DNA of 64,000 nt, taken from an uncultured bacterium. Lineage in GTDB: Bacteria > Planctomycetota > UBA1135 > GCA-002686595. Positions 8,267 through 18,026 of this stretch are shown one piece after another. The translations under genes and the position numbers were made by a program. The stretch covers positions 192,001 to 256,000 of the forward strand of contig CALSNU010000003.1 of NCBI GenBank assembly GCA_943787795.1, read 5' to 3'. The notes beneath the pieces were generated by a model. That model made no database searches, had not been told where the DNA came from, and saw only the letters and a list, made by a program, of their open reading frames with translations. The stretch's first letter is position 1. Every line of letters starts with the position of its first letter.

Positions 8267-10294
8267 ATGGCCGTCGCCTCGCGTCGCGTCCGCAAGTACG
8301 AGCTCGATCCCCTCGAGCTGGAGAAGAGAGTCGCCGAATCCTTCGGTACGGAGACCCTCGAAGATCTCGCGGAAAGCCTCAACGAGTCCATCGTTGACAT
8401 TCTCCCTGGCCAGATTGTCGAGGCCAAGGTCGACACCGTCGACGAGCGCACCGGGCTCGTCATCATGGATGTGGGCGGGAAGGCCGAGGGCCAGATCTCG
8501 CTGAACGAGTTCGGCGACGAGCTCCCCACCAGCGGTCAGGTCTTCGAGGTCTACTTCGAGGGCCTCGATGAGAACGACATGTCGGTGCTCTCGAAGCGCC
8601 GCGCCGATCGTCTCCGCGCCTGGGAGCACGTCTCCCAGAAGTACGACGAGGGCGACGAGGTCCAGGGCATCGTCCAGCGCAAGATCAAGGGTGGTCTGCT
8701 CGTGGACGTCGAAGGCGTCAACGTCTTCCTCCCGGCCAGCCAGGTCGCGCTGCGCCGCACGCACGACATCTCCGACTTCATCGACGAGCCGGTGCGCGCG
8801 CGCATCATCAAGATCGATGCGGAGCGCATGAACATCGTCGTCTCCCGGCGGAAGCTGCTCGAAGAAGAGCGTCAGAAGCAGAAGGAGACGCTCCTCAAGG
8901 ACATCACCGAGGGCCAGATCCGCATGGGTACGGTCAAGAACATCGCCGACTTCGGCGTGTTCGTCGACCTCGGTGGCATCGACGGCCTGCTCCACATCAC
9001 GGACATGTCCTGGGGCCGGATCAACCACCCCTCGGAGATGGTCCAGCTCGAGCAGGAGCTCGAGGTGCAGGTCCTGCGCGTCGACTTCGACCGCGAGCGC
9101 ATCGCGCTGGGTCTCAAGCAGAAGACGGCCTCCCCGTGGGACGGCGTCGAAGCGCGCTACCCGATCAGCAGCAAGCACAAGGGCGAGGTCGTGAACATCA
9201 TGTCCTACGGCGCCTTCGTGAAGCTCGAGGAGGGCATCGAGGGCCTGGTGCACATCTCCGAGATGTCCTGGACCCGCCGCGTCAACCACCCGAGCGAGCT
9301 GGTCAAGACCGGCGACCCGGTCGAGGTGGTCGTGCTGGAGTTCAACCACGCCAAGCAGGAGATCTCCCTCGGCATGAAGCAGGCGGAGATGAACCCCTGG
9401 GACATGGTCGAGCAGCACTACCCGATCGGTACCGTCATCGAAGGCACCGTCCGGAACCTCACCAGCTACGGCGCCTTCGTCGAGATCGAGGAGGGCATCG
9501 ATGGCCTCCTGCACGTCTCTGACATGTCGTGGACGAAGAAGGTCAGCCACCCCTCCGAGATGGTCAAGAAGGGCGACCAGATGCAGTGCGTCGTCCTCTC
9601 GGTCGACATGGAGAAGAAGCGCATCGCGCTGGGTCGCAAGCAGCTGTCTCCGGACCCCTGGCTCGAGCAGATCCCCGGCAACTACCACGTGGGCGACCTG
9701 CTCTCCGGCTTTGTCACGAAGATCACCAACTTCGGTGTGTTCGTGAAGCTGGACGACGACCTCGAAGGCCTGCTCCACATCTCGGAGCTGACCGACGACC
9801 GCGAGGCCAAGCCGGAGGACATTCTCCAGCCCGGCCAGAAGGTCGAGGTCCGCATCATTCGCGTCGACATTGACGAGCGGAAGATCGGCCTCTCCTTCGT
9901 GCACGCGGACTTCGACGCGGGCGAGAACCTTCCCGCCGAGGAGGTCGCCGCCTTGACGGACGCCCTTCCCAAGGAGGAGGCTCCTGCAGCTGAGGCCGCC
10001 CCGGCGGCCGAGGAAGCCCCGCGCGAGCCGAGGAAGCCCCCGCAGCAGAGGAAGCCCCCGCAGCAGAGGAAGCCCCCGCCGCAGCGGAGGCTCCCGCAGC
10101 TGAGGCCGCCCCCGCAGCAGAGGAAGCTCCGGCTGCTGAGGCCCCGGCTGCTGAGGCCCCGGCTGCTGAGGCCCCGGCAGAGGAGGCCCCGGCAGAGGAC
10201 GCCGGCGGCGAAGAGGCCCCCAAGGAAGGCGGCGACGCCTGATTCCTTGGTGACCTGGGGCACCCGTGCGGTTTGTACGGGCAGCCTCCGCTGA
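8267..10294 (+). CDS. rpsA: 30S ribosomal protein S1 (tail frameshifted near 10020; corrected stop probably TGA 10240-10242)
   Basis: Repeated S1 domains (FGVFVDLGGIDGLLHITDMSW, YGAFVKLEEGIEGLVHISEMSW); high-expression codon bias; Ala/Glu/Pro tail that continues in another frame after about 10020. Confidence 0.95.
   Translation: MAVASRRVRKYELDPLELEKRVAESFGTETLEDLAESLNESIVDILPGQIVEAKVDTVDERTGLVIMDVGGKAEGQISLNEFGDELPTSGQVFEVYFEGLDENDMSVLSKRRADRLRAWEHVSQKYDEGDEVQGIVQRKIKGGLLVDVEGVNVFLPASQVALRRTHDISDFIDEPVRARIIKIDAERMNIVVSRRKLLEEERQKQKETLLKDITEGQIRMGTVKNIADFGVFVDLGGIDGLLHITDMSWGRINHPSEMVQLEQELEVQVLRVDFDRERIALGLKQKTASPWDGVEARYPISSKHKGEVVNIMSYGAFVKLEEGIEGLVHISEMSWTRRVNHPSELVKTGDPVEVVVLEFNHAKQEISLGMKQAEMNPWDMVEQHYPIGTVIEGTVRNLTSYGAFVEIEEGIDGLLHVSDMSWTKKVSHPSEMVKKGDQMQCVVLSVDMEKKRIALGRKQLSPDPWLEQIPGNYHVGDLLSGFVTKITNFGVFVKLDDDLEGLLHISELTDDREAKPEDILQPGQKVEVRIIRVDIDERKIGLSFVHADFDAGENLPAEEVAALTDALPKEEAPAAEAAPAAEEAPREPRKPPQQRKPPQQRKPPPQRRLPQLRPPPQQRKLRLLRPRLLRPRLLRPRQRRPRQRTPAAKRPPRKAATPDSLVTWGTRAVCTGSLR
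9974..10200 (+). repeat. 15/18-bp coding tandem repeats encoding an (A)EEAPA/AEAPA tail of S1
   Basis: Units such as gaggaagcccccgcagca (18 bp) and gctgaggccccggct (15 bp). Confidence 0.85.
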
Positions 10295-10368
10295 TGGGCG
10301 GGGACGGCATGGCGCCGTCCCCGCCCTGCGTTAGCCTGACCCGCTGCCGCGCCCATGGCGCTCCCCTC

Positions 10369-11484
10369 ATGCTCTCCCGCTTCTCCGCGCTCCTCGTCGC
10401 CTCCGCCGCTGCCGCCGCGGTCCTGGCTCCGTCCTGCGCGTCGCTCGCGGGCCCCGAGCGCGCGCCTGGTGGACCCCGCGCCGCGCTGCGAGCGATTCAC
10501 GTGAGCTACGCCGCCGCCTTCGAGGCCCTGAAGGAGGCGCTGGCGGAGGACGACCTGCTGTTGGCTCGCTCCACCGCGCGGCAGCTGCAGGGGCGCCTCA
10601 ACCGTGAGCTCGGGTCCGCGATCTCCCTCGCCCAGGCTCGTACCCGCACGGACGACGTGGCCGCGTTAACCCTCTCGGGGCAGCTGCCGAGCCGCGAGAG
10701 CGTGGAGGCGGCGCAGGTGGCCGTGGAGCGCTTCGAGAACATCATCGACGGCCGCGAGCGCCTGCTGGCCGTGAACCTCACGGTTGAGCTACGCCGTGTT
10801 CCCGGTGAGGAGAGGGTGGAGGCCTGGCTGACCGGAGAGTCCAGCTGGGTCGAGGCGCTCACCGTTCGGCCCTTCGCCGCGTCGATCCTCATCGGCCGTC
10901 TTCACATTGACCAGGAGGGGTTCGAGGTCAACTGGACCGAGAGCGTGGTGCTGGAGGACGCCCTGGAGCTCACTGTCCCGGCGCGCGCGGCGGCCTCGGC
11001 GCGTCTTCTGGCGCTCCCGATCCAGGTCCCGGTCGGCGCCATGGCGACACGGATGTCAGTGACGCTGGTCTGCACGGGCGGCGAGCTGGAGGAGGGGGGC
11101 ACGCGGTTTCCGGCCCGCGAGATCGCCGTGGCGAAGGGGGAGCGAACCGACATCGCCGGGTGGATCCCCGCCGGCCTGGTGGAGCCCCGACGCCTGATCG
11201 AGCTCGTGGGGCAGGGCCGCGGTGCCACCGATGTGCTGCTCGAGTGCGCGATCAGGATCGCGCCCTCCCGTCGGGCAGAGGCCCTGGACGGGCTCGGTCG
11301 CGCGGTCCAGACGCTCCCCGGTGAGGCCGTACGCCCCGCCGTGCCGGCGATCCGTTGGCTCATGGGCGTCAGCGGGATCGACGGGTTCGGGCGGGATGAG
11401 CGTGACTGGAAGGAGCTCCTGTCGGAGCGATACGAGCGCCGGGTTCAGGCGGGTGAGATCGAAGGCGTTCCAGCCATTCGGTGA
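10369..11484 (+). CDS. Hypothetical lipoprotein
   Basis: MLSRFSALLVASAAAAAVLAPSC: signal with lipobox-like Cys; long ORF with typical codon bias; no family recognised. Confidence 0.7.
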   Translation: MLSRFSALLVASAAAAAVLAPSCASLAGPERAPGGPRAALRAIHVSYAAAFEALKEALAEDDLLLARSTARQLQGRLNRELGSAISLAQARTRTDDVAALTLSGQLPSRESVEAAQVAVERFENIIDGRERLLAVNLTVELRRVPGEERVEAWLTGESSWVEALTVRPFAASILIGRLHIDQEGFEVNWTESVVLEDALELTVPARAAASARLLALPIQVPVGAMATRMSVTLVCTGGELEEGGTRFPAREIAVAKGERTDIAGWIPAGLVEPRRLIELVGQGRGATDVLLECAIRIAPSRRAEALDGLGRAVQTLPGEAVRPAVPAIRWLMGVSGIDGFGRDERDWKELLSERYERRVQAGEIEGVPAIR

Positions 11485-11518
11485 ATCGCCCCCTCCGCTC
11501 CCGTACGATCCTCCTCCC

Positions 11519-12730
11519 ATGGACACCCAAGGCCCTGAAGTGGACCGTCAGCTCGCCGTCTTTCGACGCGGCGCCTGTGACCTGATCGAAGAGCAGCAGC
11601 TGCGCGGCATGATCGCGAAGTCGCTGACCGAGGCGCGCCCGCTCCGTATCAAGTTCGGGATGGACCCGAGCTCGCCGGACCTGCACCTGGGCCATGCGGT
11701 CCAGCTTCGCAAGCTGCGTGATCTCCAGGACCTCGGCCACCAGATCGTGCTCATCGTGGGGGATGCCACCGCGATGGTCGGCGACCCCAGCGGGCGCAAC
11801 AAGCTCCGCCCGGTCCTCAGCCGCGAGGAGGTCGACGCCAACCAGAAGACCTACGTGGAGCAGGCCGCCCGGGTCCTCGACATGGAGCGCACCGAGGTCC
11901 GTCAGAACTCCGAGTGGTTCGACAAGATGGACTTCGAGGCGCTGCTCCGGCTCACCACTCGCATGACCGTCGCGCAGATGCTCGAGCGCGACACGTTCCA
12001 GACGCGCATGGAGGCGAGCGAGCCCATCGGTATCAACGAGTTTCTCTACCCGCTGATGCAGGGCTGGGACTCGGTTCAGGTGGAGGCGGACCTCGAGCTG
12101 GGAGGCACCGATCAGCTGTTCAACCTCCTGGTGGGGCGGCGCCTCCAGGAGCAGATGGAGCAGCGGCCTCAGATCGTCCTGACTCAGCCTCTGATCAACG
12201 GCCTCGACGGTCGGAAGATGAGCAAGTCCTACGGGAATTCGATCGGGCTCACCGCCTCCGCGAAGGACATGACCTTCCGGATCATGCAGGTGGATGACGA
12301 GGTGATGGGGGACTGGTTCCTGCACCTGACCCGGCTCGAGCCCGCCCGCATCGACGAGGCCTTGGCTGGCCACCCCCGGGAGGCGAAGGCCCTGCTGGCC
12401 GCAGAGGTCACCGCCTTCTATCACGACGAAGAGGCTGCGCGCGAAGCGGCGGGGCAGTTCGATCGAGAGGTCCGCGACAAGGTCCTCCCGGACGACCTTC
12501 CCGAGGTCCCTTGGGGCGAGGCATGGGGGGAGGCGCTCCCCTTGCCGAACCTGCTCAAGGAGCTGGGGCTCTGCCAGTCCACCTCGGAGGCGCGCCGCGC
12601 GATCCAGCAGGGAGGCGTGAGGCTGGACGGGGCGGTGAAGAGCGATGCCCGAGAGGAGGTCTCGAGGCCGTCTGAGGCCCAGCTGGTTCAGGTGGGCAAG
12701 AAGCGAGCCGCGAGGATGCTCCCGGCCTAG
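11519..12730 (+). CDS. tyrS: Tyrosine--tRNA ligase
   Basis: KFGMDPSSPDLHLGH (HIGH), YPLMQGWDS, GGTDQLFN, KMSKS, C-terminal S4 domain (SEARRAIQQGGV..VGKK). Confidence 0.97.
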   Translation: MDTQGPEVDRQLAVFRRGACDLIEEQQLRGMIAKSLTEARPLRIKFGMDPSSPDLHLGHAVQLRKLRDLQDLGHQIVLIVGDATAMVGDPSGRNKLRPVLSREEVDANQKTYVEQAARVLDMERTEVRQNSEWFDKMDFEALLRLTTRMTVAQMLERDTFQTRMEASEPIGINEFLYPLMQGWDSVQVEADLELGGTDQLFNLLVGRRLQEQMEQRPQIVLTQPLINGLDGRKMSKSYGNSIGLTASAKDMTFRIMQVDDEVMGDWFLHLTRLEPARIDEALAGHPREAKALLAAEVTAFYHDEEAAREAAGQFDREVRDKVLPDDLPEVPWGEAWGEALPLPNLLKELGLCQSTSEARRAIQQGGVRLDGAVKSDAREEVSRPSEAQLVQVGKKRAARMLPA

Positions 12731-12935
12731 GTCGCGGCGCGGATGCTAGCGGGCGGCCGGGCTGGGCGCCCATCGACGCGGCGGGCGCAGCGGTGGGTCG
12801 AGTCCTCGGACGCTCGCCCTGCGCAGACGGGACCCCTTGGGCCGGTGGCATGCGGTCGGGATTGCGGGTCACGGATCGGCGGAGGGACGCGATGCCCCGC
12901 GCGCTCTGCCCCGACGGCTCGCCCCTGACCGCGAG

Positions 12936-12972
12936 GCTCAGCCCCCGCCGCTCAGCCCCCGCCGCTCAGCCC
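12936..12972. repeat. 14-bp tandem repeat (gctcagcccccgcc x2.6) overlapping the stop codon of the DUF1573 gene
   Basis: Units at 12936 and 12950, partial unit at 12964. Confidence 0.75.
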
Positions 12973-14204
12973 TCGAAGACCTGGCCGCTGAGCAGGACGC
13001 GGAACTCCGTGCTCGCTCCGTCGGGCCCCACGCCGCCCACGGGCTCGTCGAGGACGAAGATCACGTCCCCGGCGACGAAGCCAGGGGGCGCGCCGGGAGG
13101 CATGGTGATTCGAACGCTCCACGCGGCGGCGCGTCCATCGGCGTCCGGTTGCAGGGGGCGGGTCTCGATCTCGAGGGGGACTGGCCTGGCGCTCTCGACG
13201 CGGGTGTCCAGGACCTTGATCTTCGCGCCGGGGACCAGCGCATTGAGCTCGCTCTCGAAGACGGCTCCCTCTGAAGACGCCACCGCGCCGAGGGTGACGA
13301 GCGGCTTCGCGAGGACCACGTCGGGCACCACCTGTGCGATGACGGGGACCTCTAGCCGCCCGTCTTCGCCGCTGCCGTCGCGGTCGGTTGTGCGGAGCAC
13401 GATCTGGCCACGGGTGACCCCGAGCGGCGACAGCGGGGCCACCTCGACGTCGACGTACCAGACATACTCGCCGCCGAAGGACTCCGTCACCAGTTCGACG
13501 CCAAGGCCGTCGGGGGAGCTCTCCACCTCGAGGATGCGTGCGAGAGTCTCCTTGCGGTCGACGATGATCTTGACCCTCGCCTTGCCGCCGTGGGACGTCG
13601 GCACGTTGAGGAGCCGCGCCTCGGTGGGCGCCAGCATGAAGGGGCGAGTGGGGAGGAACCCGAGCTCCAGCGTGACGTAGGGGTCGAGGTCACTGTCCGT
13701 GGTCATCCGGAACAGGGCCAGCTTGCGCTGGTTCGGGGCCGTGAACGCAGTGATGACCTCGATGGAGACCTCGAGTTCGGCTCCGGCGGGGACCGAGGTG
13801 ATGACGCCACCGCGGAACGACCGGATGATGCGCGGGGCGGCGCCTGGCTCCTGGACGCTCATGCCAGCGAGCCGCGTACAGCCGCAGGCGGCCTGGGCGT
13901 TCAGGATCTTCAGCGGGCCTCTCCCGCTGTTACGGAAGCGCGCGACCCAGGTCAGCCGGTCGCCATAGATCAGCTCGCCGAAGTCATGGAACCGCGGCCG
14001 ATTGAGGTCCTGTGGGTCAATGGACTCCAGGAGGCCCTGTCCAGCGACGGCCTCGACCGCGAGGGCCCCCGGCGCGGCCTCCTTGCTGGGGATTCCCGTG
14101 CCTTGGGATTCCGTCGGAGGCTCACCAGCGGGGCCAGCCGGATCGCAGGAGGTAACAGCACCGACCAGGATCGCCGCGACGAGCGGGAGGAGGGGGAACC
14201 TCAT
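12966..14204 (-). CDS. DUF1573 / Ig-like multi-domain lipoprotein
   Basis: Lipobox MRFPLLPLVAAILVGAVTSC; HDFGEL..FRNSGRGPLKILNAQAACGCT (DUF1573 signature) followed by beta-sandwich repeats. Confidence 0.8.
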   Translation of the reverse strand: MRFPLLPLVAAILVGAVTSCDPAGPAGEPPTESQGTGIPSKEAAPGALAVEAVAGQGLLESIDPQDLNRPRFHDFGELIYGDRLTWVARFRNSGRGPLKILNAQAACGCTRLAGMSVQEPGAAPRIIRSFRGGVITSVPAGAELEVSIEVITAFTAPNQRKLALFRMTTDSDLDPYVTLELGFLPTRPFMLAPTEARLLNVPTSHGGKARVKIIVDRKETLARILEVESSPDGLGVELVTESFGGEYVWYVDVEVAPLSPLGVTRGQIVLRTTDRDGSGEDGRLEVPVIAQVVPDVVLAKPLVTLGAVASSEGAVFESELNALVPGAKIKVLDTRVESARPVPLEIETRPLQPDADGRAAAWSVRITMPPGAPPGFVAGDVIFVLDEPVGGVGPDGASTEFRVLLSGQVFEG

Positions 14205-14211
14205 CGAACCC

Positions 14212-15708
14212 TCAGCGCCCTGAGTCACGGGACTCGCTGGGTTTGTCTTCATCCTCGTCTGATCCACCGTAACCCAGGGAGTTCAGCGCGCCCGCATCAG
14301 GTCCGTCATCGGACGCCGAGGGAGGCTCGACCCGGGTGACATCGCGTTCCTCGAGGAACGCTGCGAGGCGGGCGGCTTCGGGGTGATCTGCGGTGTAGAG
14401 GTTCTTCAGCTCGGACGGGTCCTTGAGGAGATCGAAGAGCTGGGAGTGCTGCGGGCTGCGCTCGTGCCAGATGAGCTTCCAGCGCCCATCGCAGGCCATG
14501 TACAGGTTGTCGTACTGGTTCGGCGGGAGCTTCTTCGGCCCCGGGGCGTGGCTGTCGTAGGCGTTGAGGGCGTCGGCGTAGGCGATCCGCGGCTCGACCT
14601 CCTGCTCTCCGCGCATGAGGTCCATGAGGGACTCACCCTCCATCCGCGCGCGAACGGGGACCTCCAGGGCCTCGAGGACGGTGGGGGCCACGTCGATGGT
14701 GCGCACCTGGTTGTCGATGACCACCCGGCTTGGACCGCCGGGGACACGGATGATCAGGGGGACGCGGACGCACCAGTCGTAGAGGAGGCGGTGCTTCATC
14801 CAGCCGTGGTTGCGAAGCCCCTCGGTCATGCCTTGGCCGTGGTCCGCGGTGATCACGATGACGGTGTTCTGATCCTGGCCGTGCTCCTTGAGCCAGCCAC
14901 GGAGCCGCGCGATCTGGCGGTCCATGAACGCGAGCTCAGGGTCGTAGATGCGCTCGCGCCACTCCAGGCTGCCCGGCATCGTGCGGGACTCGGCCGCGGT
15001 CGGATAGGTGATCCCGTAGTCCGCGGCGAACTCGGCGGGAGGGACGAGCGAGAAGTCGTGCACGTCGAACATGTGCAGCCACATGCACCACGGGCCCTTC
15101 TCACCGTTGGTCTCCAGCCACTCCAGCGCGGAGTCGGTGGTGAAGTCGCCCCGGCGCTGGGTGGGGGTCCTTCCGCCGGTGTCCCACACCGTCCCGTGCC
15201 GCTGCTGCTTCGTGAGGTCGAGGGCCTCAAGGTCCACGCCAGATTCGAAGTCGGTGAAGCCCTGGTCGAGGTTGTAGGCGCTGGAGACCGGGTAGGAGCT
15301 CACCCGTGCCGCCGTCTGATAGCCGCGACTGGCCAGGAGCTCGGGCAACGTATCCACGGACTCCTTCAGGCGGTGGGACACGTCCTCGCTGAAGAAGACG
15401 CGCATCCCGTGCTCGTAGTTGTTCAGGCCTGTGAGGATCGACGAGTGGGACATGGGCGTGATCCCTGCGGTGGAGATGGCGCGCTCGAAGCGCGCTCCCT
15501 CGCTGGCGATCGCGTCGATCTCAGGGGTGAGGCCCGGGGCGCCGCCGTAGCAGCTGATGTGGTCCGGCCTCGTCGTGTCCAGGGTGATCAGGAGCACATT
15601 CATCTGGCTCCCGTCTTCACCGCCCGCGCCACAGGCTGAGAGGGCGCTGGCGAGGAGGACTGCCGCGGCGGGGCAGAGCGGGGGGTGCTGTCGTCGGCGT
15701 GCGTTCAT
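14212..15708 (-). CDS. Sulfatase-like (alkaline phosphatase superfamily) lipoprotein
   Basis: Lipobox LSAC; NVLLITLDTTRPD; TPMSHSSILTG; WLHMFDVH; ITADHG; VPLII; LFDL..DPSE..NL. Confidence 0.88.
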   Translation of the reverse strand: MNARRRQHPPLCPAAAVLLASALSACGAGGEDGSQMNVLLITLDTTRPDHISCYGGAPGLTPEIDAIASEGARFERAISTAGITPMSHSSILTGLNNYEHGMRVFFSEDVSHRLKESVDTLPELLASRGYQTAARVSSYPVSSAYNLDQGFTDFESGVDLEALDLTKQQRHGTVWDTGGRTPTQRRGDFTTDSALEWLETNGEKGPWCMWLHMFDVHDFSLVPPAEFAADYGITYPTAAESRTMPGSLEWRERIYDPELAFMDRQIARLRGWLKEHGQDQNTVIVITADHGQGMTEGLRNHGWMKHRLLYDWCVRVPLIIRVPGGPSRVVIDNQVRTIDVAPTVLEALEVPVRARMEGESLMDLMRGEQEVEPRIAYADALNAYDSHAPGPKKLPPNQYDNLYMACDGRWKLIWHERSPQHSQLFDLLKDPSELKNLYTADHPEAARLAAFLEERDVTRVEPPSASDDGPDAGALNSLGYGGSDEDEDKPSESRDSGR

Positions 15709-15994
15709 GGCGGGGTGGGGCGTCACCTTGGGGCTGCGCTCTGGATGGGATGGTCCTCGATTTCGTGGGTCCACGGCAACGGTCTGGGCCAGATCGCTGG
15801 AATTCGGCGCGCCGAAGCCTCGGAGGGGGCGCCGAGCGAGCGGGGGTCCTGGACGGATCTGCCGGGGGTCCTCGGGCTTGGCCCTTCGGGCTGGCCCCGC
15901 CGGCTCGAGCTCGGGTTCCCGTTGGGCGGAACGCTCGCCCTTGGTCCTCGCTGCCGGTCGAGATCCGCGTGGAGCGCCCGGCATGCCGAGCGCC

Positions 15995-17347
15995 TCAACG
16001 GTCGTCGTCGGATCCGTCCGTGGGCGGCGGAATCTTCGCGAGGAGGCGTTGGATTCGCTTCTGACCGCGGGCGTCCACGGTGCTCATGCCGATGTCGCCG
16101 ATCTCTGCGACGAGCAGCCAGAGCTCGAGTCGGATCGCCCTCTCCATGAAGAGCCCGAAGGTCTTCGGAACGGGGAAGGCGGTGTGTATGAGCTCGAAGA
16201 GCTCACGGGCGTCCGCGCCGCGCCCGCCCGCGAGCAGCGCCTCGTAGGCCCAGGAGGCCTCCTCGATGATCTGCGCGCGGGAGTCGGGGACGCTGAAGGG
16301 CAGCGGGGCGATCACCTCGGGGCCAGCGGCCTCGCCGGCTGCCGGCTCCGCCTCTGCATCGAGAGCGAGCGTGGACGATGCCCTGAGGCTGGCGATTCGG
16401 CTCGCGAAGATGGCCGTGGCCTCGTCTGTGATCTCGTCGAGGATGGCGTCGTACTGCTGGTACCGCCCGAGGACGGGGAGGGCCGCCGGGAGCAGCCACC
16501 GGCGGGCTTCCTCCTGCCGGGCCCCGCGACCGGCGAGCTCCAGGAAGAGGTCGCGGGTCTCCAGGTCCTGGCGCCGCCACCTGTTCACCCGGACGAAGTC
16601 GTACGCCGTCTGGCGGTTCCCGAGGCCCTGGAGCATCCGCTGCGCGAGGATGTTCGCCTCGGCCATGAGAATGTCGACGGCCTCCGGCGCGTCCATCTTC
16701 GCCGTGGAGATGCGCTCCAGGATGAACTCCAGATACCGGCTCCGAAAGCCCGGCCTGAAGTCGTCCGCTCGGCGTAGGCACCAGGTGTAGCCGTTCACCG
16801 CGTCCCTTCGGCCCTGCGGCTCCACGGAGCGGTAGCGAGTGTTGGCCCAGGCGAGCCACCGGAACGGCTCCTTCGCAGCCTCGCCCTCTGGCTTTCCGGC
16901 GGTGCCTGACTCGGCGGTGGCGCCGTAGACGGTCGCGAGGAAGTCCGTTGCTCGATCCTGGGCGGTGAGTCGTCCAACGCGGCCGCCACGAACGAAGTCG
17001 AGGATGTCGACGCACGGGTAGCGCTTGATGGGGTTTCTGCGAGCTCCGTCCTTGTCCTTCTTCGTATCGATGCGCACGGCGACGGCGTTCTCATCGATCC
17101 AGGCCTTCACGCCTTCGTCGTCGAAGACGGCCTTCCTGACGGCGGCCTCCCCGGGAGAATCCGCCCCTTCGACCCAGAGGATGACCAGGAACTTCTGGAG
17201 TCGCTCGGCTCTGGAGACGGCGGACTCGAAGTCGAGGTCCTCGAGGGTGGCGGGCGTCTCATCCTGTAAGGCTGCGGACGCCGACGCGGGCGAGGCGATC
17301 AGGACGAGGGGCAGCAGGCCGGCGAGGATCGCGTGAGGGAGGTGCAT
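15995..17347 (-). CDS. Exported protein with an N-terminal thioredoxin-like fold (no CxxC) and a helical C-terminal region
   Basis: Signal peptide; FESAVSRAERLQKFLVILW...VFDDEGVKAWIDENAVAVRID..YP pattern of thioredoxin-like domains. Confidence 0.65.
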   Translation of the reverse strand: MHLPHAILAGLLPLVLIASPASASAALQDETPATLEDLDFESAVSRAERLQKFLVILWVEGADSPGEAAVRKAVFDDEGVKAWIDENAVAVRIDTKKDKDGARRNPIKRYPCVDILDFVRGGRVGRLTAQDRATDFLATVYGATAESGTAGKPEGEAAKEPFRWLAWANTRYRSVEPQGRRDAVNGYTWCLRRADDFRPGFRSRYLEFILERISTAKMDAPEAVDILMAEANILAQRMLQGLGNRQTAYDFVRVNRWRRQDLETRDLFLELAGRGARQEEARRWLLPAALPVLGRYQQYDAILDEITDEATAIFASRIASLRASSTLALDAEAEPAAGEAAGPEVIAPLPFSVPDSRAQIIEEASWAYEALLAGGRGADARELFELIHTAFPVPKTFGLFMERAIRLELWLLVAEIGDIGMSTVDARGQKRIQRLLAKIPPPTDGSDDDR

Positions 17348-17507
17348 GGACTTGAGTCCCTGGGGTGTGAGGGGGGGCGCTCTGAACCAGAGTACGTGAC
17401 ACGGCGCCCGGTCCCCAAGTGGATGGGGGCAGGCGCCGTATGGGTCCCTGGGTCCAGTTTGCGGCGCCCTACGCGGTACGCGGTGCAGACCCCTGGAGTT
17501 GGCTCAA

Positions 17508-18026
17508 TCAGCCCGCGTTTCGTTCCGGCTGAAACTCACGCAGCTTGTAGCGGTCGATCTTGCGGTAGAGGGTGGCGCGGCCGATGCCGAGGAGCTGTGC
17601 CGCGCGCTTGACGTTCCAGGTCGTGGTCTCGAGCGCGTGCTTCAGGATCTGCTGCTCATAGTCCTCGAAGCGGTGGATCGAACCGGGCTCAAGCAGCACG
17701 GTGCCGTCGTCCACGGGGGTGGGCTCGGCGGTTGCCTGGACCGTCGGTGGCGCCGCATGGTGCGCGGTGGGCGCAGCGTGACTGACCGGGGTCAGGGGGT
17801 GTGCGGTGCACTGGCGGACGACCTCGGAGGCGGTCTCGTCGGCGGCCTGAGCGTCAAAGAGCACGAGATCGGGGCGCTTGCCGTTCCCGGTGGCGCGCGC
17901 GTCGGTGGCGCTCGCTGCGAAGCGAATGAGCCACCCAAAGCGGTGCGCTTCTTCGGACACCCTGCTGCGGTCCGAGTCGTTGAGACCGAGGCAGAGGACA
18001 GAACGCGGTTGATCGGAAGAGGTCAT
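17508..18026 (-). CDS. Fis-family HTH protein with an N-terminal pseudo-receiver and no AAA+ domain
   Basis: C-terminus EQQILKHALETTTWNVKRAAQLLGIGRATLYRKIDRY (HTH_8); receiver-like PDLVLFD; ATG at 18026. Confidence 0.8.
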   Translation of the reverse strand: MTSSDQPRSVLCLGLNDSDRSRVSEEAHRFGWLIRFAASATDARATGNGKRPDLVLFDAQAADETASEVVRQCTAHPLTPVSHAAPTAHHAAPPTVQATAEPTPVDDGTVLLEPGSIHRFEDYEQQILKHALETTTWNVKRAAQLLGIGRATLYRKIDRYKLREFQPERNAG

